This document shows, in pieces, positions 1 to 11,930 of a stretch of DNA of 64,000 bases; position 1 is the stretch's first letter, and every line of letters begins with the position of its first letter. The stretch covers positions 33,790,001-33,854,000 of the forward strand of contig OZ024755.1 of the NCBI GenBank assembly GCA_964016885.1. The letters are read 5' to 3'. The notes beneath the pieces were generated by a model. The model was not told the DNA's origin, did not search any database, and was given only the letters and a program-made list of their open reading frames with translations. Origin of the DNA: Eledone cirrhosa (Eukaryota). A program made the position numbers and the translations under genes.

Positions 1-960
1 TATGTGTGTGTGGGTGTATGTGTGCGTGTGTGTGTGTGCGTACATATATGTGCATGTGTATGCCTGCCTGCATACATATATATATGGGTGTGTTTATGTG
101 TACGCATCTATGTGTGCGTGTGTATGTGTGCGCGTCTATGTGTGCGTGTGTATGTGTATGTGTGCATGCATGCGTTATATGTGTGTGTGGGTGTATGTGT
201 GCGCGTCTATGTGTGCGTGTGTGTGTGTGCGTACATATATGTGCATGTGTATGCCTGCCTGCATACATATATATATGGGTGTGTTTATGTGTGCGCGTCT
301 GTGTGTGCGTGTGTATGTGTGTGTATGTGTGCGCGTCTATGTGTGCGTGTGTATGTGTGTGTATGTGTGCGCGTCTATGTGTGCGTGTGTATGTGTGCAT
401 ACATATATGTGCATGTGTATGCCTGCCTGCATATATATATATATGGGTGTGTTTATGTGTGCATGTCTATGCATGTGTGTATGTGTGCCTGTGTATGTGT
501 GTGTATATGTGTGCATATGTATGTGTGAGTGTCTATGTGTGTGTGTGTGTGTGTGTATGTGTGTATATGTGTATATGTGTATATGTCCAAGCATGTGTGC
601 ATGCATATGTGTGTATGCATGTGTGTGTGCGTAGGTGTGTATGTGTGAATGTGTATATGTCCAAGCATATGTGTATGCATGTGTGTGTGCGTAGGTGTGT
701 GTGTGTATGTGTGTATATGTGTATATGTCCAAGCATATGTGTGCATGCATATGTGTGTGCGCGTAGGTGTGTATGTGTATGTGTGTATGTGTGTATATGT
801 CCAAGCATATGTGTGCATGCATATGTGTGTGTGCCTAGGTGTGTATGTGTATGTGTGTATGTGTGCATGTCTATATGTCCAAGCATGTGTGTACATGTAT
901 ATGCATGCATGTGTATGTGTCCGTGCGTATGAGTACATATGTGTCTATGTACACGTGTGT
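1..960. repeat. TG/TA-rich compound microsatellite with higher-order repeats
   Basis: Alternating (TG)n/(TA)n with recurring blocks such as 'tatgcctgcctgcatacatatata' and 'tgtccaagcatatgtgt'; overlapping VC/YV/HT-rich ORFs in several frames are artefacts. Confidence 0.95.
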
Positions 961-989
961 TTGTGAGGGTATATCACTGGGTGGTATCA

Positions 990-2375
990 CTACACCACCA
1001 CGCTAGCAACTATACCACCACGCTAGCAACTACACCACCATGTTAGCAACTACACCACCACGCTAGCAACTACACCACCACGCTAGCAACTACACCACCA
1101 CGCTAGCAACTACACCACCACGCTAGCAACTACACCACCACGCTAGCAACTACACCACCACGCTAGCAACTACACCACCACGCTAGCAACTACACCACCA
1201 CGCTAGCAACTACACCACCACGCTAGCAACTACACCACCACGCTAGCAACTACACAACCACGCTAGCAACTACACAACCACGCTAGCAACTACACCACCA
1301 CGCTAGCAACTACACCACCACGCTAGCAACTACACCACCACGCTAGCAACTACACCACCACGCTAGCAACTACACCACCACGCTAGCAACTACACCACCA
1401 CGCTAGCAACTACACCACCACGCTAGCAACTACACCACCACGCTAGCAACTACACCACCACGCTAGCAACTACACCACCACGCTAGCAACTACACCACCA
1501 CGCTAGCAACTACACCACCACGCTAGCAACTACACCACCATGCTAGCAACTACACCACCACGCTAGCATTTACACCACCACGCTAGCAACTACACCACCA
1601 CGCTAGCAACTACACCACCACGCTAGCAACTACACCACCACGCTAGCAACTACACCACCACGCTAGCAACTACACCACCACGCTAGCAACTACACCACCA
1701 CGCTAGCAACTACACCACCACGCTAGCAACTACACCACCACGCTAGCAACTACACCACCACGCTAGCAACTACACCACCACGCTAGCAACTACACCACCA
1801 CGCTAGCAACTACACCACCACGCTAGCAACTACACCACCACGCTAGCAACTACACCACCACGCTAGCAACTACACCACCATGCTAGCAACTACACCACCA
1901 CGCTAGCAACTACACTACCATGCTAGCAACTACATCACCACGCTAGCAACTACACCACCACGCTAGCAACTACACCACCATGCTAGCAACTACACCACCA
2001 CGCTAGCATTTACACCACCACGCTAGCAACTACACCACCACGCTAGCAACTACACCACCACGCTAGCAACTACACCACCACGCTAGCAACTACACCACCA
2101 CGCTAGCAACTACACCACCATGCTAGCAACTACACCACCATGCTAGCATTTACACCACCACGCTAGCAACTACACCAACACGCTAGCAACTACACCACCA
2201 CGCTAGCAACTACACCACCACGCTAGCAACTACACCACCACGCTAGCAACTACACCACCACGCTAGCAACTACACCACCATGCTAGCAACTACACCACCA
2301 CGCTAGCAACTACACCACCACGCTAGCAACTACACCACCACGCTAGCAACTACACCACCACGCTAGCAACTACAC
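990..2375 (+). repeat. 20-bp minisatellite (CTACACCACCACGCTAGCAA)n, ~69 copies
   Basis: Head-to-tail 20-nt period read directly; few variants (cgc>tgc, caac>cattt); no spacers. Confidence 0.98.
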
Positions 2376-2650
2376 ATATCATTAAAAGAGAAAGTTATAT
2401 TATTCTATAATAATACCTGCATCAGTTGTTAGCTGTCGAGACACTGCATCCTTTATAACCTCCATGCTTCCTGAGATTCACCAACACTACACCTAATGTT
2501 CCCCCTCCACACACATATATCATGACTCATACACTGTTCACTTCCCTGACATTTGTGTATCATTCTATGTACTATACATGCACCTTTGACGAGTTGTAGT
2601 GCACCTGAGCACTTTACACAATAATTTCATTATTATTATTTTTATTATTA
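2376..2650 (+). mobile_element. Probable LINE 3' UTR fragment ending in (ATT)n tail
   Basis: Ends 'gtgcacctgagcactttacacaataatttcattattattatt', a LINE-like 3' terminus with microsatellite tail; family not determinable by eye. Confidence 0.5.
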
Positions 2651-2664
2651 TAACCATTTATTGG

Positions 2665-2775
2665 AATAATAATTGTTTCTACTTTTTGGCACTAGGCCAG
2701 AAATTATCCCAGTGCATTACTGGTACTTTGTTTTATCAACCCCATAAGGATGAAAGGCAAAGTTAACCTCAGCAG
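2665..2775 (-). mobile_element. SINE family A, 3' fragment
   Basis: Matches the 'aattgtttctact...cccagtgcattactggtact...aaggatgaaaggcaaagttaacctc' module repeated more than 10 times in the window. Confidence 0.85.
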
Positions 2776-3079
2776 TTAATAATAATAACTGAGAGTTTGG
2801 TTTGGTTTTTTAATAATTTCCTTTTATCATTGTGGACACTCTGATGTTAGACTAAGATGTCCACATGGTGAAGGACATCAGGGGGTGAACACTCTGATCA
2901 TTACAACCACCCTTATATGCTTTCTTTCATTAGAGCTGAAGCCCTACATCAAAAGGTAAGATTTATTCTAATTAAGGATTCTAATATCAGATTGTATAAT
3001 TGGGTGACTATATAGAAGCTTGCCCATAAATTGCTGTTCTTGTTTCTGAAGCTTGTTATATTGAGAGGATGTGAATGTG

Positions 3080-3380
3080 TATGGCTTAGTGGTTAGGCTG
3101 TTCAGCTCATGATGGTAAGGTTGTGAGTTTAATCCCCAGAGCTTTGGCATGTCATGCCCTTTAGAAAGATATTTCACATTTATCCAGTCCAGGCAGCTAG
3201 CAAAAATGATATTGTAAAAAGCACGTGGCTTAGTGGTTAGGGTATTTGTGTCTTGTCCTTGAGCAAGTCACTTTATTTTAAGGTTGCTCCAGTCCACTCA
3301 ACTGGCAAAAATGAGTTGTACTTGTAATTCAAAAGTCCAGCTTTGTCATACTTAGCGTAATGCTGAATCTTCCTGAGAAC
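3080..3380 (+). mobile_element. Two older tRNA-derived SINE heads with CORE-like motif
   Basis: A-box 'tggcttagtggttag' twice, plus 'tccttgagcaagtcactttat...tgctccagtccactca' as in families B/C. Confidence 0.7.
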
Positions 3381-3385
3381 TGCAT

Positions 3386-3739
3386 TAACCCTTTAGCATT
3401 AAACAGAATTCTCTCATCTCTTTCTGTTCAGACTAGCTTTAATTGGCCGCTCATACCAATGTTAAGGTATTATTCTCAAAGTAAATAATATCAAAATCTC
3501 ATTGATTCAATATTATGTGAGATAATTATGTGAGGTAAAGCTTTTACCATGAAAATATAATCTCTTTCTGTTCAAACTGGCTGTAACTGGCTGCTCATAC
3601 TGATGTTAAGGTATTGTTCTCAAAACAAATACCGTCAAAATCTCAGATCCGATATTATATGAGATAATTATGTGAGGTAAAGCCTTTACAGTGAAAATAC
3701 AATAGTATATATAGAGTAATGTAAATGGTAAAGGGTTAA
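3386..3739. mobile_element. piggyBac-type MITE (family M1) with internal duplication
   Basis: TTAA-CCCTTTAGCATT ... AAAGGG-TTAA termini; internal segment duplicated. Confidence 0.8.
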
Positions 3740-3881
3740 AGGTGCACATGTCTACGGAATGTTCAGTTACTTACATGTTAATTTCATGAACACTCTGGAA
3801 CACTCATTGTGAAAAACCAATGGTATGCCAGCTCAGCACAGCATCTTGGAGAGAAGCAAGACATTGCAATTTTGTTAATAG

Positions 3882-3989
3882 TTGAGGGTTTAAAAATCTC
3901 TCAGCATAAAAACAAGAATAGCAATACGGTAGACCAAGTTGAAATTAACTTGCAACATTCTGCAATGATTCAGCAGAAAATATCAAAAG
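3882..3989 (+). CDS. Candidate 108-nt symmetric phase-1 internal exon (xEGLKISQHKNKNSNTVDQVEINLQHSAMIQQKISK), product unknown
   Basis: Acceptor 'ttttgttaatag', donor 'AAAG/gtgggt', length divisible by 3, open in only one frame, non-repetitive; no recognisable homology. Confidence 0.25.
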
Positions 3990-4249
3990 GTGGGTTTGTT
4001 AATTTAAATGTTTATAGTGTCTTTACTAGTGGACAAAAAATTAGGAAAATTGTATGTATTAGTGTAAAGATATTACTTTTTAATGTAATGCCGTCATTAC
4101 TGCTCTTTTATACTTGTCAAGAATGTCTTGCTAATGTATTTTCATGCGGGTCAGGACATTAAGAAAATAAGTATTTTAAATAAATAATCTTTAAAGCAGG
4201 ATATGTTTTTGGTTCATGCTATTTTTTCTGATTAGCTATTTAGAGACTG

Positions 4250-4870
4250 CTTGAATGAAAATGGAGTGTGTTATAGTGGAAAAGAAGGAGGCCTACAAAG
4301 ACTGGCTTCGAAATAAATAAAACCTCTTTCTTGCACTTACCGTACGATCTAATGTGAAACATCACAGCCGAAAGAGTAAAATCTTTCAATGTTATAACAT
4401 GGGAGGACTTTGACGTTAAGCTGGAATCCAACTTCAGATTAGCAAATAAAGTGTTCTGGTAGACCATCCACCAACTTTGTAATGAGAAGTCCTGTTCCTC
4501 ACCTGCTATCAGGAATGTGTCTCTGTTTTTCTCTCTTCAGAGGGGTGCACCCACACAAGGAGGAGAGAATACTTTGCTGATCTCCTAAGCCTGGTCACAA
4601 CAACATCTTCTGATGTACAGGAGGTGCAGCTGGGAGCAATAACTAATCTCTCAGAGGCTAAGCGCACAATGGAAATTAAAGAGCTCAAATGTGACAAGGT
4701 TACTGGGGAGAATGAAATTCAAACCGAGGTGTAAAAACCTTAAATAGAGAAGGTGTTCTCTATCTGACTCAAGCGTGCCTGGTGGCCTGGATCTCTGGAA
4801 AAGCCCCTAAACTAGATCAATTGGAGATGGTTGCTTCTGACAGAAGAATAAGAAGAATATTAGCCAGTTA
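4250..4870 (+). mobile_element. Decayed RTE-clade (Expander-like) LINE ORF2 fragment, region upstream of the RT core
   Basis: Manual translation across stops/frameshifts: WEDFDVKLESNFRLANKVFW*TIHQL...RREYFADLL...IKELKCDKVTGENEIQTEV*...LNREGVLYLTQACLVAWISGKAP, matching the RTE pattern W.EYF.DLL...GKA.G.DEI.PEMLKAL...G..WLTR....AW.SG..P. Confidence 0.8.
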
Positions 4871-5012
4871 AGCTTGCACTAAATGTAAATAAGCTTTCTA
4901 CAAGAATAGTTTGTTTAGAAAATATATTTATATACCATTCCTTAGCTTGATACTAAAGTCACTGAAATACTCACAGTAAAACTAAATGTATGTTTATATA
5001 TATACATATTAG

Positions 5013-5425
5013 AGTGGTGAATTGGCAGTATTGGTAGAGCGTTGACTAATATGCTTTGTGGCATAGAGTTACAGCCCTGAACGTTCTGAGTTCAAATCCT
5101 GCTGAGGTTAACTTTGATTTTCAGCCTTACGGGGTCGATGAAATAAAGTACCAGCAATGCACTGGGGTCGATTTAATTAACTTTCCCCTCCCATAAAATT
5201 GTTGGCCTTCTGCTTAAATCAGAAACCATTATATATAAGCAGTGGATTGGCAATATCGGTAGAGGGTCGGGCGCCATGCTTTGAAGCATAGTTACCTCCC
5301 TTTATGATCTGAGTTCAAATCCTGCCGAGGTTAACTTTACCTTTCATCCTTACGGGGTCGATAAAATAAAGTACCAGTAATGCACTGGGATAATTGCTGG
5401 CCTGGTGCCAAAAGTAGAAACCATT
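5013..5425 (+). mobile_element. Two tandem SINE family A copies
   Basis: Each has tRNA-like head 'tggcagtatcggtagag', B-box 'gagttcaaatcc', body 'ctttcatccttacggggtcgataaaataaagtaccag' and tail 'agaaaccattat'. Confidence 0.9.
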
Positions 5426-5771
5426 ATATATAAGCATATTATATATAAGCATATTGTATATAGATCCATATGTTCTTTTGTTATATGTATGTATATGTAT
5501 ACATATATATATAGTATATATAATACATATATAAACATAATATATAGTATATATAATATATATAATATATATATAAACATAATATATATATATACATAAT
5601 CATCATCATCATCGTTTAACATCCATCTTTCATGTTAGTATATAATATATATATATATATAGCAATAATAATAAATTTAAAGACTAAAATCCAAAGAAGG
5701 CTCGATAAGGATAAATATATATCAAATATATAAGAACCATAGAGCAAATATTTATTAAAATAACAGATTAA

Positions 5772-5822
5772 AGTTTAAGCAAAGAATCGCTGCTTTCACC
5801 CTTAACGGGATCTTCTGAAACT
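5772..5822 (-). ncRNA. Degenerate type I hammerhead ribozyme motif
   Basis: Minus strand: agttt-CAGAAGA-tccc(gttaa)gggt-GAA-AGCA(gcgattctt)TGCT-T-aaact; stems I-III pair; core U4 mutated to A. Confidence 0.6.
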
Positions 5823-6542
5823 AACAAAGTCAATCTGTGAACACAGAAGTGAATATTTCAAAAAACGTTGCAACCGGAGGAAGACAGGAAGATGATACTT
5901 TGGTTCGTGGAAACGTTCCCTGGCAAACTAAGTCTGAGTAGCTCAACAGCCAAGTCTTACTATTTTAAGCCAACAAGCAAGACCTATGAGAGTGGGGTGG
6001 CGAGCCAGTACATTGATCCAAGACCCAAGAAAAATCTTTGCCTGCTTTGGGCCCCAAAGGGGTCTTGTACCGACTTGCAAAATTTCTCTTGAAGGCCCTG
6101 CCAACAAGAATGATCTTAGATCACTATGTGTATTCTCGACTAGCAAGATTTGTTTAGACCTTAAAGTGTAATTCAGGCTGAAAAATTTCCGCCTGAATTA
6201 TTAAGAATAAAATATTTCGGAATGATTCTTTAATTCATTATTTCCCACTGATATAATGTTTGAAGAACAGCTCAAGCTCATAAAATTTAGCCCAGTAAAA
6301 CTAACAAGTTGCATGATCAAAAGAGTTGCTGGGTGAAAAAATATTCAAAGTTTGGGAGTAGGGTTGTATATGTCTTTGATCTGTCACTACTAAACACTTA
6401 CTGCTGATGCCTGATGTTTATATTTTGTGTTTAACAGTAAATATGTATCTGTATATGTGAGGGGAGTATGTTTATGTGCATCTGTGTGTGTGTGTGTGCA
6501 TGTATACATGTAGCTTAGTCTGTTTATTTGTGAGTGTTTGTA

Positions 6543-6546
<4 letters not shown>

Positions 6547-6596
<50 letters not shown>

Positions 6597-6640
6597 AAAG
6601 CGGATACAAAATGATAATGATGATTATATGTATATATATA

Positions 6641-6682
<42 letters not shown>

Positions 6683-6762
6683 CATATATATATTTTTATA
6701 TATATACATATTTATATATTTTTATATATATATATATATATTTTTATATATATACATATTTT

Positions 6763-6825
<63 letters not shown>
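6547..6825. repeat. (TA)n microsatellite complex
   Basis: Direct reading. Confidence 0.95.
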
Positions 6826-7114
6826 GTAAAAGGAAAACAGAAATAACATCACAATCAGTACAGTATATGGAAGGTATATATTAGGTTAACGCTTCAGGAA
6901 GAGGATAACAAATTATCATTATAGGTAATCCAGTTATAGGTTGTGAATACTCCGTATTGTGGATAGTTTTAGCATATGGCGTTGTTTGTCTCAACAAGAG
7001 GTTTCCTTAGTTAGGTTGCGAGTTCTCGGGAATTCCTATGCAGGTTAATCTTGGAGTAATAATAGTGAAAGAGTGAAGAATAACATGGTCAACAGTACAA
7101 AAAGGGTTTATTTA

Positions 7115-7227
7115 CAGTATTAACAATTGTTTCATTGATTAGGGTGTCTAAAAATTGCTAATCACTTGAAGTTGTGTCACTCAATTTTAAATACAATGTA
7201 TGCCTAATCAAATCATCAGAATAACTG
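7115..7227 (-). ncRNA. Type I hammerhead ribozyme motif with long stem II
   Basis: Minus strand: cagttatt-CTGATGA-t.ttgattagg...cctaatcaa.t-GAAAC-aatt-GTT-aatactg; intact core, palindromic stem III (acaattgt), 79-nt stem II region. Confidence 0.75.
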
Positions 7228-7439
7228 ATTAAAATTATACACAGCGTTTGTAATATACTAGGAAAATTCAAATCACAATATCAGTAATAAAGAAAGAAAA
7301 AGAAAACAGAAAAAAAGAAAAAATAATAAATAAATAATAATAAAATAGTTAGAATGAAGATGATAAAAAATAAGTAAAAAAATATATATGTGTGTGAAAA
7401 AAAGTGAATATAATATGATTGTAGTTCACTCATTTCTCT

Positions 7440-8150
7440 TTTTGAAGACTGAGACAGAAAGTTTTCAGGAATATAGCCAGTATCCAGTGAATTCCTCCAC
7501 AGATTAGCAAGAGGAGATGCAAGTTGGTATCGACACACCTTCAAGACACACGCAGGGAACCTGTCGGGGCCTACTGCTGAATTGTATTTAATTTCATTTA
7601 TTGCCACTAAGACATCAGGGGGGCCAAACGTTATGTCTGATATAGTGTGTTGGGGATTAACATCACTGATACAGCGCAGATCGGCCATATCAGGATTGCT
7701 AAAAACAGAGCAGTATCTCGCCCATGGTTTTGGCATTATCTTGGAGTGTGCCATTTTCATCAACCAGAGGGCCAACAGTGGAGACAGTGACCTTGTGTTT
7801 TTTAGCAAATGAAAAGAACACTCTGGGGTTGAGTTTGATTTTCTCAATGGCCTACCTCTCTTCAGCTGTACTCTGGTTATTGATGATGGTCTTCATGCGT
7901 TGTTGGAGGTTAAATTTATTTGATTCAAGCAGGGTGATAGCCATCGAATGTGTGTGTTGCTGTTGGCAGTATTTTAGTGTGTTAATTTTTTTGTTTGTTC
8001 TTTTTATTTTTCTGATAATTGTTTTTCTGTTTTGGGGGATACTGCACTTAGTTTTGTTCACAGGTTTTGGTGGGGTGCGTTTTGTACATATATTTGTGAC
8101 AGTGTCTACAAAGATCTGCCAAGATGTTTTGATGTTGGTGAAAATGTGTG
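7440..8150 (-). mobile_element. CR1/L2/Jockey-group LINE ORF2 fragment (start of RT region), decayed
   Basis: ORF 7281..7847 contains VLVAINEIKYNSAVGPDRFPACVLKVCRYQLASPLANLWRNSLDTGYIP, the conserved 'GPD..P...LK.C...LA.PL..L...SL..G..P' pre-RT motif. Confidence 0.85.
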
Positions 8151-8337
8151 TGTGTGTAAAAGACCAGTCAGTATGGGATATTTACTCCAATGGTCAAACA
8201 ACACCAGCCACAACAACAACAACAGCAGCAGCCAGAAAATCAGGAGCCACTGCCACCACTACTGAATTCAAGCATAATAGCTGAGTTACTGAACGAGAGT
8301 ATCCCTCAACCAGTTTCTCAGCCATCATTATCGCCAT

Positions 8338-8382
<45 letters not shown>

Positions 8383-8515
8383 AAAGTTTTATTTAAAATT
8401 GTTAGGTTACAACAAGTAAATATTTTATAACTGATATAAAGCACTCAACAAGTTTTGGAGTAGATATACGATATTAAACAAATGGAAACTATATTTATAA
8501 AACCATATTTATTTC

Positions 8516-8571
8516 ATTATACATATTTCGGGGATACCATATTAAAAATATGGCATGCCTTCTTCAGATAA
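8516..8571 (-). ncRNA. Degenerate type I hammerhead ribozyme motif
   Basis: Minus strand: ttat-CTGAAGA-a-ggcatgccatat(tttta)atatggtatccc-c-GAAAT-at-GTA-taatg; strong stem II, imperfect stem I. Confidence 0.55.
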
Positions 8572-9886
8572 AATACAATATATAAACAGTTTTATAAATA
8601 ATTTTGACGTACCATAAATATTGATCAACTTTTATGTAAGAAGTTGGTTTGGTAGTGAAATGTTTATAAATATTTAGTGTTAAGCACAGTTAAAAAGAAA
8701 GACAGAGAGACAGAAGAGATGTATGTAAAGAAAAACAGAGAGAAATAGAGAAATATATATATATATATATATATATAAATATATAAGCAAAGAGATATTT
8801 AAACCATCGTGAATTATATGATAGACCCGTGGTCTATATATTGCGTCTCATGGATTATGTGAGTGGTGGTGTGAGCGAAGACAGTGGTACTGTTTTGCCT
8901 ACGATATAATATGTTTTATAATATGTTTAAGATTTTCGATATTTTGGTGTTTCTCCACATTTGGGACTGTATATCATACAGGTGTATGCGAAAAAATGAT
9001 TTAATAATGCAGCCCACATAATACTATCGATTGCCTGCTTCAACTGCCTGACCCTGCAAGTAACATTCTGACGCACTCTAATCCTGTATAAATAAGACAC
9101 GCGTGCATGCTACACGTGAGATTGTTTCATACACTGACTACTCTAAACTTTCCTCTTGCTTTATCTTCATAGACTGCCAATGCTTCATTTTTACTTTTAT
9201 TTTTATTTTTATCTTTAACCTTTATATGTAAATTGCCATGCTATATCATTTTGATGGATGTCTTTCCACTGGGGATCAATATGTGCATATGTTTTTATAT
9301 GTCTCTTGTGTTGAAAAGGAGGTCAAGTATGTTATAGATCACTAAATAGTTGCTCCGAAGAATCCAAACTCGGTTTGGAGGAAACAATTGTAAGCAAATA
9401 AATGATTTAAACTGAACTTTGATTATTGTAATCTCTATATAAATATATATATACATGTCTGTACATATATGCATATATATATATGTGTGTATGTATATAT
9501 GAATGGATGTATTTATGTATATATGAATGTATGTGTGTATGAATTTATGTACGTATGAATGTATGTGAATGTATATATGTGTATGTATGTATATGTATGT
9601 ATGTGTATATGTATATATGTCTTTCAGTTTTACAACACTTGAAGCCAATAAAATGTTAGAATGATCAATGCAAATCAACAATCATACCAACCAATTAATG
9701 CCCAAGGCTCTGTTGAATAGTTAAAAGTCAACTTAATTCATTGCAAAATATTTGCTTCGACAAAAACCTTCACTATCAATATTTATGTAAGATTTCACAG
9801 AAGACAGTAGAATAGCACAAATATTGACTCTTTTCAAGATATCTTACCTTGTTTACTATGATAGAAAAATAGCAGTCAAATCTCCC

Positions 9887-10540
9887 TTAACCTTTTAGCA
9901 CTTACATTACTTTATATTTACTATTATATTTTTACGGTAAAGGCTTTATCTCACATAATATCGAATCTATGAGATTTTGATATTATTTATTTTGGGATCA
10001 ATACCTTAACATCAGTATGAGTGGCCAGTTATGGCCAGTTGGAACAAAGATAAATGAGAGAATTCTGGCCAGATATGGCCAGTTTAAATGCCAATGCGTT
10101 AAACATTAACCCTTTAGCACTTACATTACTTTATATTTACTATTATATTTTTACGGTAAAGGCTTTATCTCACATAATATCGAATCTATGAGATTTTGAT
10201 ATTATTTATTTTGGGATCAATACCTTAACATCAGTATGAGTGGCCAGTTATGGCCAGTTGGAACAAAGATAAATGAGAGAATTCTGGCCAGATATGGCCA
10301 GTTTAAATGCCAATGGGTTAAACATTAACCCTTTAGCATTTATATTACTCTATATTTACTATTATATTTTCGTGGTAAAGGATTTATCTCACATAATATT
10401 GAACCTATGAGATTTTGATATTATTTATTTTGGGAACAATACCTTAACATCAGTATGAGTGATCGATTACAGTTTGTTTGAACAGAAAGAGATGAGAGAA
10501 TTCTGGCCAGATATGGCCGGTTTAAATGCTAAAGGGTTAA
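9887..10540. mobile_element. Three tandem copies (219-bp period) of piggyBac-type MITE M1
   Basis: Units start at TTAA 9887, 10106 and 10325; the third has intact TTAACCCTTTAGCATT...AATGCTAAAGGGTTAA termini. Confidence 0.9.
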
Positions 10541-11545
10541 ATCACACCTTGCAATCCTATATAAGGATAGGGTATTTTTCAATTAGTATTTTCTACAAAA
10601 ATATACTGGGGTTCTATAAGCTATTGTACCCGATAATATAATTTAATAAAAAAAATTATTTTTGTTTGTTTCATTTAATGTTTTATTAAAGTGAAGGTGG
10701 TGGGATTTTTAGAAAAATATATGTCTGGGTCCTGTATTCCTTTGAAAGCATCACACAAGGGTTCTATGACAAAATAAATTTGGGAATTACTGCTTTAGAT
10801 AATGTAGTTCTACATTTGCCTAAAATTATAGGATATTCATGGCTGAAAAAGAGGAATTTGTAAATTTTGCATTTCTGATGTCAAGAAGTTTGAAAGTGTT
10901 TGTCCATACAATCCTTATGTAGCATATAGACATGGTGTATGCAAACACTCTAATTTGTTGACTTACAAATCTTTTTTTAAATGAGCTTGGGTATAATATG
11001 TATCGATACAACAACTTTAAGAACTGACAGTTAAACAATGTTAGCTTAGAGCTATTTCATAAACTAAGTTTCTTGTCCGTTATATCTGAAACTGTTACAA
11101 TAATTCAACTTTTCCTGACCATAGCTGAAATTTCACTTACTAACAGAAGATAATGTTATATTTAGTTACTAACCTGGCCAAAACTGGTTCTAGTTCTATG
11201 AAATATAACCACCCATTTTAAAGGTTGCCAAAATAATTTATATTTTCTTACATAATTTTACATGAGAACCTTACATTAAGTTACTTAGTAATGAAATAAT
11301 TCATGATTTTTAGTAAATCCTTCAAAATTATTCATTAATTAATTAAAGTAGAATGTATTCATTAGAAATGTGGTCATGAAAGGGTTAAATTTGGATAAAA
11401 TTCTTTAGATTCTCTCTGACTTAATATTAGTTTTCTTTATTGGTTCAAATTTCCATTGAAACACAGATACTTATTGACTTAAAATAACAAAGAATTACAC
11501 AACAATATATAAATTAACTTGTTATAAAACCAAGACACTTTATGT

Positions 11546-11930
11546 TTAACCCTTTAGCATTTAAACCGGTCATATCCAGCCAGAATTCTCTCACCTCTTT
11601 CCCTTCAAACTGGCTGTAACTGACCCCTCATACTGACTTTAAGGTATTGTTCCCAAAATAAATAATATCAAAATCTCATAGATTCGATATTATGTGAGAT
11701 AATAATTGTTTCTACTATTGGCACAAGGCCAGCAATTACACAGTACATTACTGGTACTTTATTTTATCGACCCCGTAAGGATGAAAGGCAAAGTTAACCT
11801 CGGCGGGATTTGAACTCAGAATGGCAAGGGCCGTAACTCCATGAGTCAAAGCCTGGCGTCCGACCCTCTACCGATACTGCCAATTCACGAGATAATAATA
11901 TGAGGTAAAGGCTTTACTCAAGGGTTAAAT
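11546..11930. mobile_element. MITE M1 interrupted by a SINE family A copy (~11700-11890, minus strand)
   Basis: TTAACCCTT...AAGGGTTAA ends; nested SINE flanked by duplicated 'gagataataat'. Confidence 0.85.

Noticed and set aside
2-966. Cys/Val/Tyr-rich ORFs
   Set aside because: Translations of (TG/TA)n, open in several frames on both strands; the same applies to all YI/YT-rich ORFs at 6.5, 15.8, 28.7, 30.4-31.5, 42.5, 54, 57.3 and 62.4 kb.
990-2375. CRISPR-like array (also considered for the 54-, 36- and 125-bp arrays)
   Set aside because: Units are contiguous with no unique spacers, there are no cas genes, and the context is eukaryotic.
8160-8340. Poly-Q/poly-T short ORFs that look like an exon
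   Set aside because: No convincing splice sites; sandwiched between a LINE fragment and (TA)n; no recognisable homology.
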